Source of the DNA: a virus
Lineage: Duplodnaviria > Caudoviricetes
Length of the DNA stretch: 58,233 bases
Strand: one strand, 5' to 3'
IMG/VR virus record: IMGVR_UViG_3300024518_003391
Span: 1-58,233 of that record
The notes beneath the pieces were generated by a model. It saw nothing but the letters and a program-made list of their open reading frames with translations, did not search any database and was not told the DNA's origin. A program made the position numbers and the translations under genes. Shown here piece by piece: positions 16,430 to 24,798 of this stretch; position 1 is the first letter of the stretch; each line of letters starts with the position of its first letter.

Positions 16430-16840
16430 ATGAGATTGACCAAAGAGCAGAGAGTAATCCGAGATGAACGGATAGTTTTAGCGGATCGCTTACTAGGTTC
16501 GTGCGAAGAGTTACGCGACTGCTTCGTATATACTGTGGGGGTGTCGCAAAACCTGAGAATAGCCGGATCTTCAGAAGACACCATGGATGGCATACCAGAA
16601 AGCACTATTAATGGTATATTGAACGCCATTAAAGCTTTGGTGGATTCTTCTAAGAGGTGGAGCTACGTTGAGAGGGAGGCAGTTTCCGCACTTGAGGCTG
16701 TTGCGATGCACACTACCGCACTAGCGTCTGGTGATCGAATGTCTATGCCTCGGGAAGTGTGGGAATGTTTGTCGAACAGTATCAGAGCTTGCGCCGGGGC
16801 GCAACTTGTCGCAGCACACCAGATTAAACCCTTAGTATAA
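16430..16840 (+). CDS. Hypothetical protein
   Basis: Purine-rich RBS. Confidence 0.6.
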   Translation: MRLTKEQRVIRDERIVLADRLLGSCEELRDCFVYTVGVSQNLRIAGSSEDTMDGIPESTINGILNAIKALVDSSKRWSYVEREAVSALEAVAMHTTALASGDRMSMPREVWECLSNSIRACAGAQLVAAHQIKPLV

Positions 16841-16852
16841 AGGAGAACCAAT

Positions 16853-17068
16853 ATGGTCACTAAATTTTGTCATTGCGGCGTCGCACATACGCGACGTGCA
16901 TTTATGGATGCGGGGCGGTGGCTCTGCGAGCGCTGCGCACAGAGGCGAGACGCGGCGGATACAGCTACCGAGTCAGCGAAAACGGCAAGATTAGGGGACG
17001 ACCTTCAGGCTCTGGATAGCCCAGTGCTGATGTTTGCGGACTTCCTGAAAGCACGGGGTGTGGTGTAG
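16853..17068 (+). CDS. Small zinc-finger hypothetical protein
   Basis: CHCG...CERC; AAGGAG RBS. Confidence 0.6.
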   Translation: MVTKFCHCGVAHTRRAFMDAGRWLCERCAQRRDAADTATESAKTARLGDDLQALDSPVLMFADFLKARGVV

Positions 17069-17200
17069 AATGAGCAAATCGCCATTGGCGCGGGTTGAGC
17101 TACACGCTGCACGACCCGTTACATACGGTCTATGAAGGCGACGGACTGGGGCGTCCGTATGCGGAAGTCGCCTACGGAATTAGCCCAACGGAGGTGGACA

Positions 17201-17422
17201 ATGTGGCCTAAGATTGACTTGGGGCGGCTTATGGTTAAGGAGAATTACAAGACGATGCTCGGTGCATCATTGGACGAGCCCGCGCTGTCGCGGTTCCGGG
17301 GGCACATATCCAACGGACCCAGCGGCCGACAGCGTTTGCGGAACCCCAGTGAAGTGCAACGGGCCCGACTTGCCGCCCGACGGAGATTGCCGAAAGCGCT
17401 CGCATGTCACCACAGTCGGTGA
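17201..17422 (+). CDS. Hypothetical protein
   Basis: GGAGG RBS before ATG 17201. Confidence 0.4.
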   Translation: MWPKIDLGRLMVKENYKTMLGASLDEPALSRFRGHISNGPSGRQRLRNPSEVQRARLAARRRLPKALACHHSR

Positions 17423-17480
17423 AAGTCGGTCCGTGGAGAATGATAGGCGAGGCGATGATTTCCTAAGAAAAGGAGGTTCC

Positions 17481-17807
17481 ATGAGTTCATACAAGAACGC
17501 CGACGCGCAGCGGGCGGCATTAGCAGATCTAACCGCAGCCCTGGAAGACGCCCGTCATGCGGTAGAGACACTGATACATGCACTGCCGGAAGTCCCGTCG
17601 ACTGTCGAAGTTAACGGCAACGGGGACCCACGGCGACACTATGACGACAACGGCCCGGAAGCGATGGACGAGTCCGTGGCGCGGAAGGTTCGCACGGGCG
17701 TGATTGAATGCCTGGACGAAGCGAAGAACTGGTCGGGGAACTGGTGGTATTTGGATACGAAGGAGTCCGACGATGTCGAGTCAACAGCAGGGCAAGTGGA
17801 CAGTTGA
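17481..17807 (+). CDS. Hypothetical protein
   Basis: AAGGAGG RBS, MSSYKNADAQ. Confidence 0.65.
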   Translation: MSSYKNADAQRAALADLTAALEDARHAVETLIHALPEVPSTVEVNGNGDPRRHYDDNGPEAMDESVARKVRTGVIECLDEAKNWSGNWWYLDTKESDDVESTAGQVDS

Positions 17808-17997
17808 AATCCGAAGGGAGGCACCCGAATCCATCGGTGAACTCCATAGAAGTCATACAACGGACACCAAGGCCGCCGCGCTGGAAATATTCGAGAAGGA
17901 GAAGGCCGACACTGGCTTCTGGGGGCCTAAATCGGGTGTGTCGGGTGGGACGTTGGTCTATCCCGACGGCCGACGGGAGGAATTACGTGGAACTTAA
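17773..17997 (+). CDS. Hypothetical protein
   Basis: AAGGAG RBS. Confidence 0.5.
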   Translation: MSSQQQGKWTVEIRREAPESIGELHRSHTTDTKAAALEIFEKEKADTGFWGPKSGVSGGTLVYPDGRREELRGT

Positions 17998-18068
17998 AGC
18001 AGCGCCGTGCACGACACTGAATCGCATGACCGAGTCGATGATTTTGCAAGAAAAGGAGGGGTATTAAC

Positions 18069-18395
18069 ATGGGGAACGTATGGTTATCGGCACTCCTAGG
18101 AGATGGTAAGAGTCGTAGAATAAAGCACATGCTCTGTGATAGCGGTGGGAATCCGCTGCTGTTCGACACTCAGCTGAACGCTCTTAGATGGTGGCGGTCC
18201 TATAAGGACCGCTTTTCTGTGCCTGCTAAGTTTGACAGGCGATACGATCGGGTGACTCCGCAGGTCGTTAGAGACGACTATGCGGATGGCGTTCTGTTCG
18301 AGAAGCTGGACCAGGAAGAATATCAACCGATTCAGCCAAAGGAGTGCTACGTTCTTTATTCTGACGATCAACAGAATCCTGAATGGGTGCAGTAG
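18069..18395 (+). CDS. Hypothetical protein
   Basis: AAGGAGG RBS. Confidence 0.6.
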   Translation: MGNVWLSALLGDGKSRRIKHMLCDSGGNPLLFDTQLNALRWWRSYKDRFSVPAKFDRRYDRVTPQVVRDDYADGVLFEKLDQEEYQPIQPKECYVLYSDDQQNPEWVQ

Positions 18396-18410
18396 AGGAG
18401 GATAAGTAGA

Positions 18411-18887
18411 ATGTGGTGGGAGAAAGCAGAGAAGCAGTACGAAGCGTATCTAAGTCAGAATCGTCGTGTGATGGCAATTCTTGCGAAGTGGAGAAGTGGA
18501 GAGGCACAGGAACACATCAAGGGCGCTGTTCGCGGGAAAACCGCATGTTACTGGTACGTACATGAGGACGAAGTTTTATTCGCGATAAGTTTCGGAGATG
18601 AATTACATGAGTTTACGCCGGAGGATAATACGACGAGCACCTTTTCGGACACGTTTCAAATTCACCGCTACGCCGAGGCTTCTATCCCAACTTCTGACGG
18701 GAAACTGTTCATAAGTGTTCATCCGAATCAGATAAAGAAAGTTGCTGCGGATTTAGGAATATGCTTTTCCGCAGAAGGCATAGCCACGGCCATGACGCTC
18801 CACAAGGGTTTGGCTTATATGTTGCATGAAACCCTAAGCGCTGTGGATGAGTGGCGGGACAGGCAGGGAATCCAGGAGGAAGAATGA
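18411..18887 (+). CDS. Hypothetical protein
   Basis: GAGGAGG RBS; coupled to the next gene. Confidence 0.65.
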   Translation: MWWEKAEKQYEAYLSQNRRVMAILAKWRSGEAQEHIKGAVRGKTACYWYVHEDEVLFAISFGDELHEFTPEDNTTSTFSDTFQIHRYAEASIPTSDGKLFISVHPNQIKKVAADLGICFSAEGIATAMTLHKGLAYMLHETLSAVDEWRDRQGIQEEE

Positions 18888-19405
18888 ACGAACCAACAGC
18901 AGAGAAGAAAATCGAGGCCGCCACGGCGATGATTGGCGATCTAGCGTACACAATGGCGGGGTCGAGGTATGCGTTGAGCAGCGTACTCAGGGCGCTCGGC
19001 ACAGAGGGCAATCAGGACGGGAGAAATCTCCGCGCCGCGATGGGCGAAATGATACACGCCCACAAGCTATTCGCCGCGCTGGAGATAGTCGATAATGCGA
19101 TGTCGTACGGCAAGCAGCAAGAAGCGTACGCCGAAATCGTCGCTCACCAGGGGCAAATTAGAGAGGCGATCCTTGCGGCCCGGGGCGGATACAGCGAACA
19201 AGTAGACGAGCAACCGCCGAGAAGGCATAACAGTGAGACACGCAATGAGATGCGTGCTGCGTGCGAGGCGGCCCGGGCGCACCTGGAAGCGCTCCGGATG
19301 GAGACGCCGATTGGGAAGTACCTCACCGACAGTCAGCGCACCGTGTTTGGGGATGTCCACAAGCAACTAATCAATGCTATTCGGGCAGGAAGGGGAGAGG
19401 CATGA
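18884..19405 (+). CDS. Hypothetical protein
   Basis: ATGA overlaps at both ends. Confidence 0.65.
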   Translation: MNEPTAEKKIEAATAMIGDLAYTMAGSRYALSSVLRALGTEGNQDGRNLRAAMGEMIHAHKLFAALEIVDNAMSYGKQQEAYAEIVAHQGQIREAILAARGGYSEQVDEQPPRRHNSETRNEMRAACEAARAHLEALRMETPIGKYLTDSQRTVFGDVHKQLINAIRAGRGEA

Positions 19406-20400
19406 AGCACAACACCGGTATTGGGTGGACGCACATGCCGGGTCACACCGGGGAAACCTGGAATCCGCTACGGGGATGTAGTCGCGTGTCCGCCGGCTGC
19501 GAAAACTGTTACGCTGAACGAATGGCAGCCCGCTTCAGTGGCGCCGGGCGGCCGTATGAAGGCCTGGCGAAGATGACAAAGAGCGGGCCGCGCTGGACAG
19601 GAAAGATTATGACCGTTGACGCGAAGCTGGACACACCCCTCGGGTGGACAAAGCCTCGATGTATCTTCGTCAATTCGATGAGCGACCTTTTCCATGAGGA
19701 TGTCCCGTTTAGCTACATCGATAAAGTGTTCGCAACTATGGCGCTCACCCCGCGCCATATCTATATCATTTTGACCAAACGGCCGGAGCGACTCCTTGAG
19801 TATGACCAGTCTCGGGGGCAATACGACTACGAGGAGATCCCCGACGACTGGTACGACGAGGCGGGGCTCATGGCACGCAAACACAAGATTGAATGGGTTG
19901 AGCCGACACGCCCACTACCCAACGTTTGGGTAGGGGTATCGTGCGAGAATCAGGAAACAGCAGATGAGCGGATACCGTTGCTGCTGAAGTATTCTTGCGC
20001 TGTCCGGTTCGTCTCTTTGGAGCCAATCCTGGAATATGTGGATCTGGATGAGTATCTCTTGATAGAGCACCCCCGTGACTATGGATATACCTACGAAGGC
20101 GTCTGGGATAGCGACGGCCAGGTTGCGTCCCACAAAATAGGGTGGGTGGTAGTCGGAGGCGAATCAGGTCCAGGCGCGAGGCCGTGCGAGGTCGAGTGGA
20201 TAGAGCAGGTTCGTGATGATTGCATGGGAACGGTGCCGCTTTTCATCAAGCAGCTGGGTGCCCGCGCTACGTTGCTTGACGGCAAACGGCTTGCGCTAAA
20301 AGACAGGAAGGGCGGCGATATGGAAGAGTGGGGGCGGCATCTTCGGGTTAGAGAGTGGCCGGCTACGCACAAATGTGAAAGGCAAGGACGGTACCGATAA
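19402..20400 (+). CDS. Phage Gp37/Gp68 (DUF5131) family protein, radical-SAM-like
   Basis: TWNPLRGCSRVSAGCENCYAE, FVNSMSDLFHE, LTKRPER, NVWVGVS.ENQ, SLEP, WVVVGGESG.ARP, FIKQLG. Confidence 0.93.
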   Translation: MKHNTGIGWTHMPGHTGETWNPLRGCSRVSAGCENCYAERMAARFSGAGRPYEGLAKMTKSGPRWTGKIMTVDAKLDTPLGWTKPRCIFVNSMSDLFHEDVPFSYIDKVFATMALTPRHIYIILTKRPERLLEYDQSRGQYDYEEIPDDWYDEAGLMARKHKIEWVEPTRPLPNVWVGVSCENQETADERIPLLLKYSCAVRFVSLEPILEYVDLDEYLLIEHPRDYGYTYEGVWDSDGQVASHKIGWVVVGGESGPGARPCEVEWIEQVRDDCMGTVPLFIKQLGARATLLDGKRLALKDRKGGDMEEWGRHLRVREWPATHKCERQGRYR

Positions 20401-20867
20401 TGGCTGAACAGAACGGCGAATCATACGACATCCCGATCCGGCGCCAATTCCAAGTGTATGAGATTACGATAGGGCGGTTCGTAGTTATCAACGGCGGCGC
20501 GCGCGATGACGGCGACGAAGGAGGGATGCTCTGCAAGGCGATCAGCCGCCGTCTGGCGTGCTTCAAGTATCCGCTGACGTTCCCGACAGAAGAGGATGCT
20601 CAATTGTGGATTAAGCAAGGCTGTCGCATGACCGAGAAGGGTATGTGTTGGAGTACCGGCTTTTTCCATGAAGCCGGTAATATCCCTCTCAAGGTAGCTG
20701 AAGCGGCGGAACGGGCTATGGGCACTGCGTCTATGTCCGGCGTCTTTAACGGGTTGGCATCGACGTACCAGAAGGCCTGGGCGAAGGCGCACCAGGGACT
20801 CAAGGCCGCAATCGGCAAGGCCCGCGACGAACCCCCGAAAAGAGGTTCAACACATGAACCGCATTGA
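20400..20867 (+). CDS. Hypothetical protein
   Basis: Coupled by a TAATG overlap. Confidence 0.55.
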   Translation: MAEQNGESYDIPIRRQFQVYEITIGRFVVINGGARDDGDEGGMLCKAISRRLACFKYPLTFPTEEDAQLWIKQGCRMTEKGMCWSTGFFHEAGNIPLKVAEAAERAMGTASMSGVFNGLASTYQKAWAKAHQGLKAAIGKARDEPPKRGSTHEPH

Positions 20868-21090
20868 AAAGCACATAGAGCGCGGTTTCTGGACCCGTTA
20901 CGGTGCACCGGAAAACGGATACTACGCCTTTGCCGATGCAGCCCTGTTCGGGGGCTATGTCATTAGGCATTACGCGGGGCATGGGGTGTGCTTTCAGAGT
21001 AGATCGTATGACAGCACGTCCGATTTGGAAACCGCAATGAGAGAAATCGAACCTGACCTGCGACGCTGGCGACTAACCCAGGGAGGCTAA
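20854..21090 (+). CDS. Hypothetical protein
   Basis: GAGG RBS, overlapping ORF. Confidence 0.55.
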   Translation: MNRIEKHIERGFWTRYGAPENGYYAFADAALFGGYVIRHYAGHGVCFQSRSYDSTSDLETAMREIEPDLRRWRLTQGG

Positions 21091-21163
21091 TCAATGAACA
21101 TCCATTAACTTGCAAAAAAGCGGAGATAGTTGGGACTTGGCGCTGATAATCGTGACATATGTC

Positions 21164-21192
21164 TTGACAACTGCCTAGACACATGGTATAAT
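21164..21192 (+). promoter_or_regulatory. Second perfect sigma70 promoter
   Basis: TTGACA-17-TATAAT with TGn. Confidence 0.88.
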
Positions 21193-21276
21193 ATAGTCAA
21201 CAAAGGAGGGGGAAACGGACAAGCCGCTTCCCTGGATGATTCGAGCGAAACGTATTATACCACAAGGAGCAAGGAA

Positions 21277-21864
21277 ATGGACGGAGTAGTAAGCGTAATC
21301 AGCCAACTAATTCAGCCAAACCCGAAAAAACGCTACAACGACGCAGAAACCGTCAAAGACTTCACCGTTGGCGATAAGGTCACCATCGCCATGAAAACGC
21401 TTGATCTATGGGGCGGAGAGAAGGCCATCGAACAAGGTGAAATCGGCGTTGTCACCGCCGTGCATGAATCACTACTTAATGTTCAATTTGAAGGGCGCGA
21501 CGAGCTTATAAACTACCGCCCATACACGTTTGAGGTCATCGAGGCCGAATTGGAAACGACGGATAGCGAATTGGAAACAGCAGAAGCGGCCGACGTAGAT
21601 CTGCTGTATGCGCACCTGCTCGGAAGCGTTGAGCAGTTACAAGCGCAAGCAATCGATGTTCCCGATTGCTTCACGGTCGTTCGTGTACGCCTCAATCGGC
21701 ACGTTGTGGAATCGGGCGACGGACGTTATCAGGAGCATGGGCGGATTGAGGCCCTGGGCATTCAGTATCCAAAGACGCCGCGCGCGCAATGGCGAGCCGC
21801 TAAAAGAACATTTAATGAAGCGTTGGAGGCGGCCGGTTGTTATCTGATATTTGAGGCCAACTGA
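21277..21864 (+). CDS. Hypothetical protein with an SH3/KOW-like segment
   Basis: FTVGDKV...GEIGVVTAV..LLNVQF; AAGGAG RBS. Confidence 0.6.
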   Translation: MDGVVSVISQLIQPNPKKRYNDAETVKDFTVGDKVTIAMKTLDLWGGEKAIEQGEIGVVTAVHESLLNVQFEGRDELINYRPYTFEVIEAELETTDSELETAEAADVDLLYAHLLGSVEQLQAQAIDVPDCFTVVRVRLNRHVVESGDGRYQEHGRIEALGIQYPKTPRAQWRAAKRTFNEALEAAGCYLIFEAN

Positions 21865-22253
21865 TGGACACGGTAAACCCAATAACACCTCAAGAAATCA
21901 GAGCCCGCCGCAAAGCGGCCAGGCTCACCCAACACGCCTTCGGCGCCCGGATAGGCGTCGGCGGCACGGAGATCTCCAGGTGGGAGCGCGGCAAGCATAA
22001 ACCGCATCCCATCATGGCGGCGAAGATTCGCGAGATGTTCCCCGACGATGAGGAAGAAGCGGTTGAGGTCATCGGGAGCAACCTTGATTGGATTGCAAAT
22101 GCGGTAAATCGAGTGCTTGACGTGTGTGTAGTACATCCGGAGATTCCGGAAAGCGTCAAGGCCGGTATGATGATGATAAAGGCGTCAGTGACGGATGCAG
22201 CAAAGGCGTTGTACGGGAAGGCCGACGACTCTTCAGAAAGAGGCCAGCCATGA
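21864..22253 (+). CDS. XRE-family HTH regulator
   Basis: TPQEIRARRKAARLTQHAFGARIGVGGTEISRWERGKHKP. Confidence 0.9.
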   Translation: MDTVNPITPQEIRARRKAARLTQHAFGARIGVGGTEISRWERGKHKPHPIMAAKIREMFPDDEEEAVEVIGSNLDWIANAVNRVLDVCVVHPEIPESVKAGMMMIKASVTDAAKALYGKADDSSERGQP

Positions 22254-22513
22254 CACTAGCCTTTTTAGTTCATTTGATCGCCAGCGATAACAGCATCAGT
22301 CTGCTACCAAGCGCTGAATGGACGCTGCCCGCCGAGTGGGATACACTTAACCGTCAAGTTGCCTCACTCTCACGGCAGGAAGCGGGGGTTTTTGTATGCG
22401 GCGAGGAAGAAGAGGCGAAACAGGTAATGATAAAGTATGAGTTGCAAGCCGTCAAGGCACTGTTAGATGCCATCTTTGACGGCTCCAGGCACTTCAACGG
22501 TTTCACATACTAA
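22250..22513 (+). CDS. Hypothetical protein
   Basis: ATGA overlap. Confidence 0.55.
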   Translation: MTLAFLVHLIASDNSISLLPSAEWTLPAEWDTLNRQVASLSRQEAGVFVCGEEEEAKQVMIKYELQAVKALLDAIFDGSRHFNGFTY

Positions 22514-22543
22514 CACAGGCGGGTAACCGCCGAGGAGAATAAG

Positions 22544-22813
22544 ATGGTACAGTTCAAGGGATTTCCCGTAGATGTAGACGGGCGTATAATGGACGTGTGT
22601 GCTTGCAATGAGTGTTTGGCGGGACAGAACGACGAACTAGAGGAGCGCTATGGCGAAGGGCATTTTGCCTGCTCGTACGTGGACAGGGGGCTGCTAAAGG
22701 CGTGGGCTGACGGCACTATTATTAACGCATACGTTGACTCCGGGTGGGCGTTTTTTGTTTCAAGCCATCCTGCAACCTCACACCAAACCCCGCCGGCAAA
22801 ACATCGGCCCTAG
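22544..22813 (+). CDS. Hypothetical protein
   Basis: GAGGAG RBS; CACNEC. Confidence 0.5.
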   Translation: MVQFKGFPVDVDGRIMDVCACNECLAGQNDELEERYGEGHFACSYVDRGLLKAWADGTIINAYVDSGWAFFVSSHPATSHQTPPAKHRP

Positions 22814-22839
22814 CGGCTTCTATCGACGACATACCACTA

Positions 22840-22953
22840 TCAGTCCGCCTTCAGCGCTTTAGCCACGTCGGCCGCTTCTTCCGGCGTCATTGAGTCAATG
22901 CGCTTGTGCATCTTCTGTAGCAACGCGCACCTACGTTGTTTAAGCTCTACCAT
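22840..22953 (-). CDS. Small hypothetical protein (37 aa), last late gene
   Basis: MVELKQRRCALLQKMHKRIDSMTPEEAADVAKALKAD overlaps the upstream membrane gene. Confidence 0.35.
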   Translation of the reverse strand: MVELKQRRCALLQKMHKRIDSMTPEEAADVAKALKAD

Positions 22954-23137
22954 CTCGTCTCTCTTCGATGCGCCGGTGAAGCGCCGCCAAATCGTTCGTA
23001 AGGCGTTCATTATCCGCTCTCAATTCTTTTATCCGTTGGCCTTGCACTCCCCATGCCACAGTTGCCAACGTAGCGATAACGCTCGCCAAACCGGCGACGA
23101 GACCAAATAGCCAGCGCACGATCAGCTCAGTCTCCAT
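22940..23137 (-). CDS. Small membrane protein (holin/spanin-like)
   Basis: One hydrophobic helix followed by a coiled coil; sits at the end of the tail module. Confidence 0.5.
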   Translation of the reverse strand: METELIVRWLFGLVAGLASVIATLATVAWGVQGQRIKELRADNERLTNDLAALHRRIEERRDGRA

Positions 23138-23256
23138 TACGATTGTGCGGGCGTCACCGTAACTAGTACCTAGCCTCGGGTGTCGAGGTCAATCCCTCCG
23201 CCCGCCTCCTGAACATCTGTGTTCTCGGTTGTATACCCGCCCTGTGGCGGGGCGTT

Positions 23257-23472
23257 TCATGTCTCTGTCACACACTCACCTTCGGGCTGCTCATCCGACG
23301 GCCACCCTGCAACCTCTTCCAACATTGCCAGCGCGCCCTGAACCGCCGCTTGCTGTGTCTTCAGGCATTCCAACTCGTCAGACGCTTTCAAGATTGATGT
23401 CTTGAGTAAGTCGAATGTGTTTCTGAGCTCAGCCGTTCTATTTGCAAGACGCTGATGGTAGTTCGTATCCAT
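23257..23472 (-). CDS. Hypothetical coiled-coil protein
   Basis: Heptad pattern; follows the tail-fibre gene. Confidence 0.55.
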   Translation of the reverse strand: MDTNYHQRLANRTAELRNTFDLLKTSILKASDELECLKTQQAAVQGALAMLEEVAGWPSDEQPEGECVTET

Positions 23473-23499
23473 AAGTGCTACGTCCCGTATCCATAAGTG

Positions 23500-24798
23500 C
23501 TACGTGCCGTGGGTATAAGCGACCAGATAGAACACTGTGCCCCCGATGTCAACGGGGACCTGATGGCTAATCGTGCCGACCCCCGTTATCGCATCCGCGG
23601 CACTTTTCAGCAGTGGCTCATCAACCGCCATCGCTGAGAAGTCTATCCCCGCTCCGACGCCCGCCCCTGCGTTGTCCGCAGTCACCTTCATCGCCCAGAG
23701 CGTGCCGGCGTCGTCGCCGTCGAAGTCCACCTCGATAGCGAAGTCGTTGCCGTTCTGATCCACAATGATACCACGCCCCCCGGAGTCTGCGTCTTGAACA
23801 ATCTCCAGGACATCAACACTATCATTCAGCGTGCCGGCTGTCTCGGTCGCCACGTTCTGAAGGCGGAGGACAGACCCGTCCGCGTTCAATGTTCCGCCCG
23901 CCCCGTTCATGTGGTTCGTTCTAGTCAGTGATGCAAGATCGTAGTCATCCGAGACCAGCCCGGCGGTGTGCGTCATAGTTCGATCGACGATGGCGTCTAC
24001 GAAAGATCCGACGCGATTCGCCGCTACGGCCGAGCTTATCACGTGTGAGATTTCGATAGCTCGCGTTGACGTTTGCGCCGGCGCGTCCACGCTGATGTTC
24101 AACGCTTTACCGGTCAGAAGTGCATCGCCCGTCAGGCGAAGTACCTCCGTCTCATCGGCCGCCAGCGTCGCAACCTCTGCGATGATACTTGAAACAGTTG
24201 AGGCGCCCTGATGGTCAACGAAAAGGTGCCGGTGGCTGCTGGTCAGGGATGTTAGGCTCGACTGGATATGTTGGAGGTAGTTGGTAGTCGGAGTGACGCC
24301 GATCCCCGCCTGGCCGGTCACCTCAAGGTCGCCGTTCACGGTCAAATCGCCCGCGGTGAAGGCCGATGACGATAAGGTCAACGCCTCCGTCACGATAGCG
24401 ACCTGAATAGCGGTCGTTGACACCGTGCGGCCGACTACCTGCACAATACCCGACGTCGGCTTGGTTGACGTTATCGCCCCGGCGGCATCGAGATAGTAGA
24501 CGGTATTTGCCGTAAGCCCGCTCAAGCCTTCCGCGAGACCCGACGGTATCACCTCGACATCATTCGTTGACTCACGGACTACGACACCTTCCGCGAGCGT
24601 CGCGGCTGACGATCTGTCGGCGAGAGTCCAGACCCCCGAATTGCGGTATACCCAGTCCCCCACACTGAGCCCGTGGGCTGCCTGATTATTGCCGATGGTG
24701 ATACGCTTATGGTCAAGCGCCAGAATAAGGGCGGATACCAGCGCGGCGGGGGCGTCTTTGGCGGCATCTTGTATGGTTTGGTTTACGCGTCTGTCCAT
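23500..24798 (-). CDS. Tail fibre / minor tail protein
   Basis: AHGLSVGDWVY..GLTANTVYYL module, GDLTVNGDLEVTG, GIGVTP, beta-rich C-terminus. Confidence 0.7.
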   Translation of the reverse strand: MDRRVNQTIQDAAKDAPAALVSALILALDHKRITIGNNQAAHGLSVGDWVYRNSGVWTLADRSSAATLAEGVVVRESTNDVEVIPSGLAEGLSGLTANTVYYLDAAGAITSTKPTSGIVQVVGRTVSTTAIQVAIVTEALTLSSSAFTAGDLTVNGDLEVTGQAGIGVTPTTNYLQHIQSSLTSLTSSHRHLFVDHQGASTVSSIIAEVATLAADETEVLRLTGDALLTGKALNISVDAPAQTSTRAIEISHVISSAVAANRVGSFVDAIVDRTMTHTAGLVSDDYDLASLTRTNHMNGAGGTLNADGSVLRLQNVATETAGTLNDSVDVLEIVQDADSGGRGIIVDQNGNDFAIEVDFDGDDAGTLWAMKVTADNAGAGVGAGIDFSAMAVDEPLLKSAADAITGVGTISHQVPVDIGGTVFYLVAYTHGT

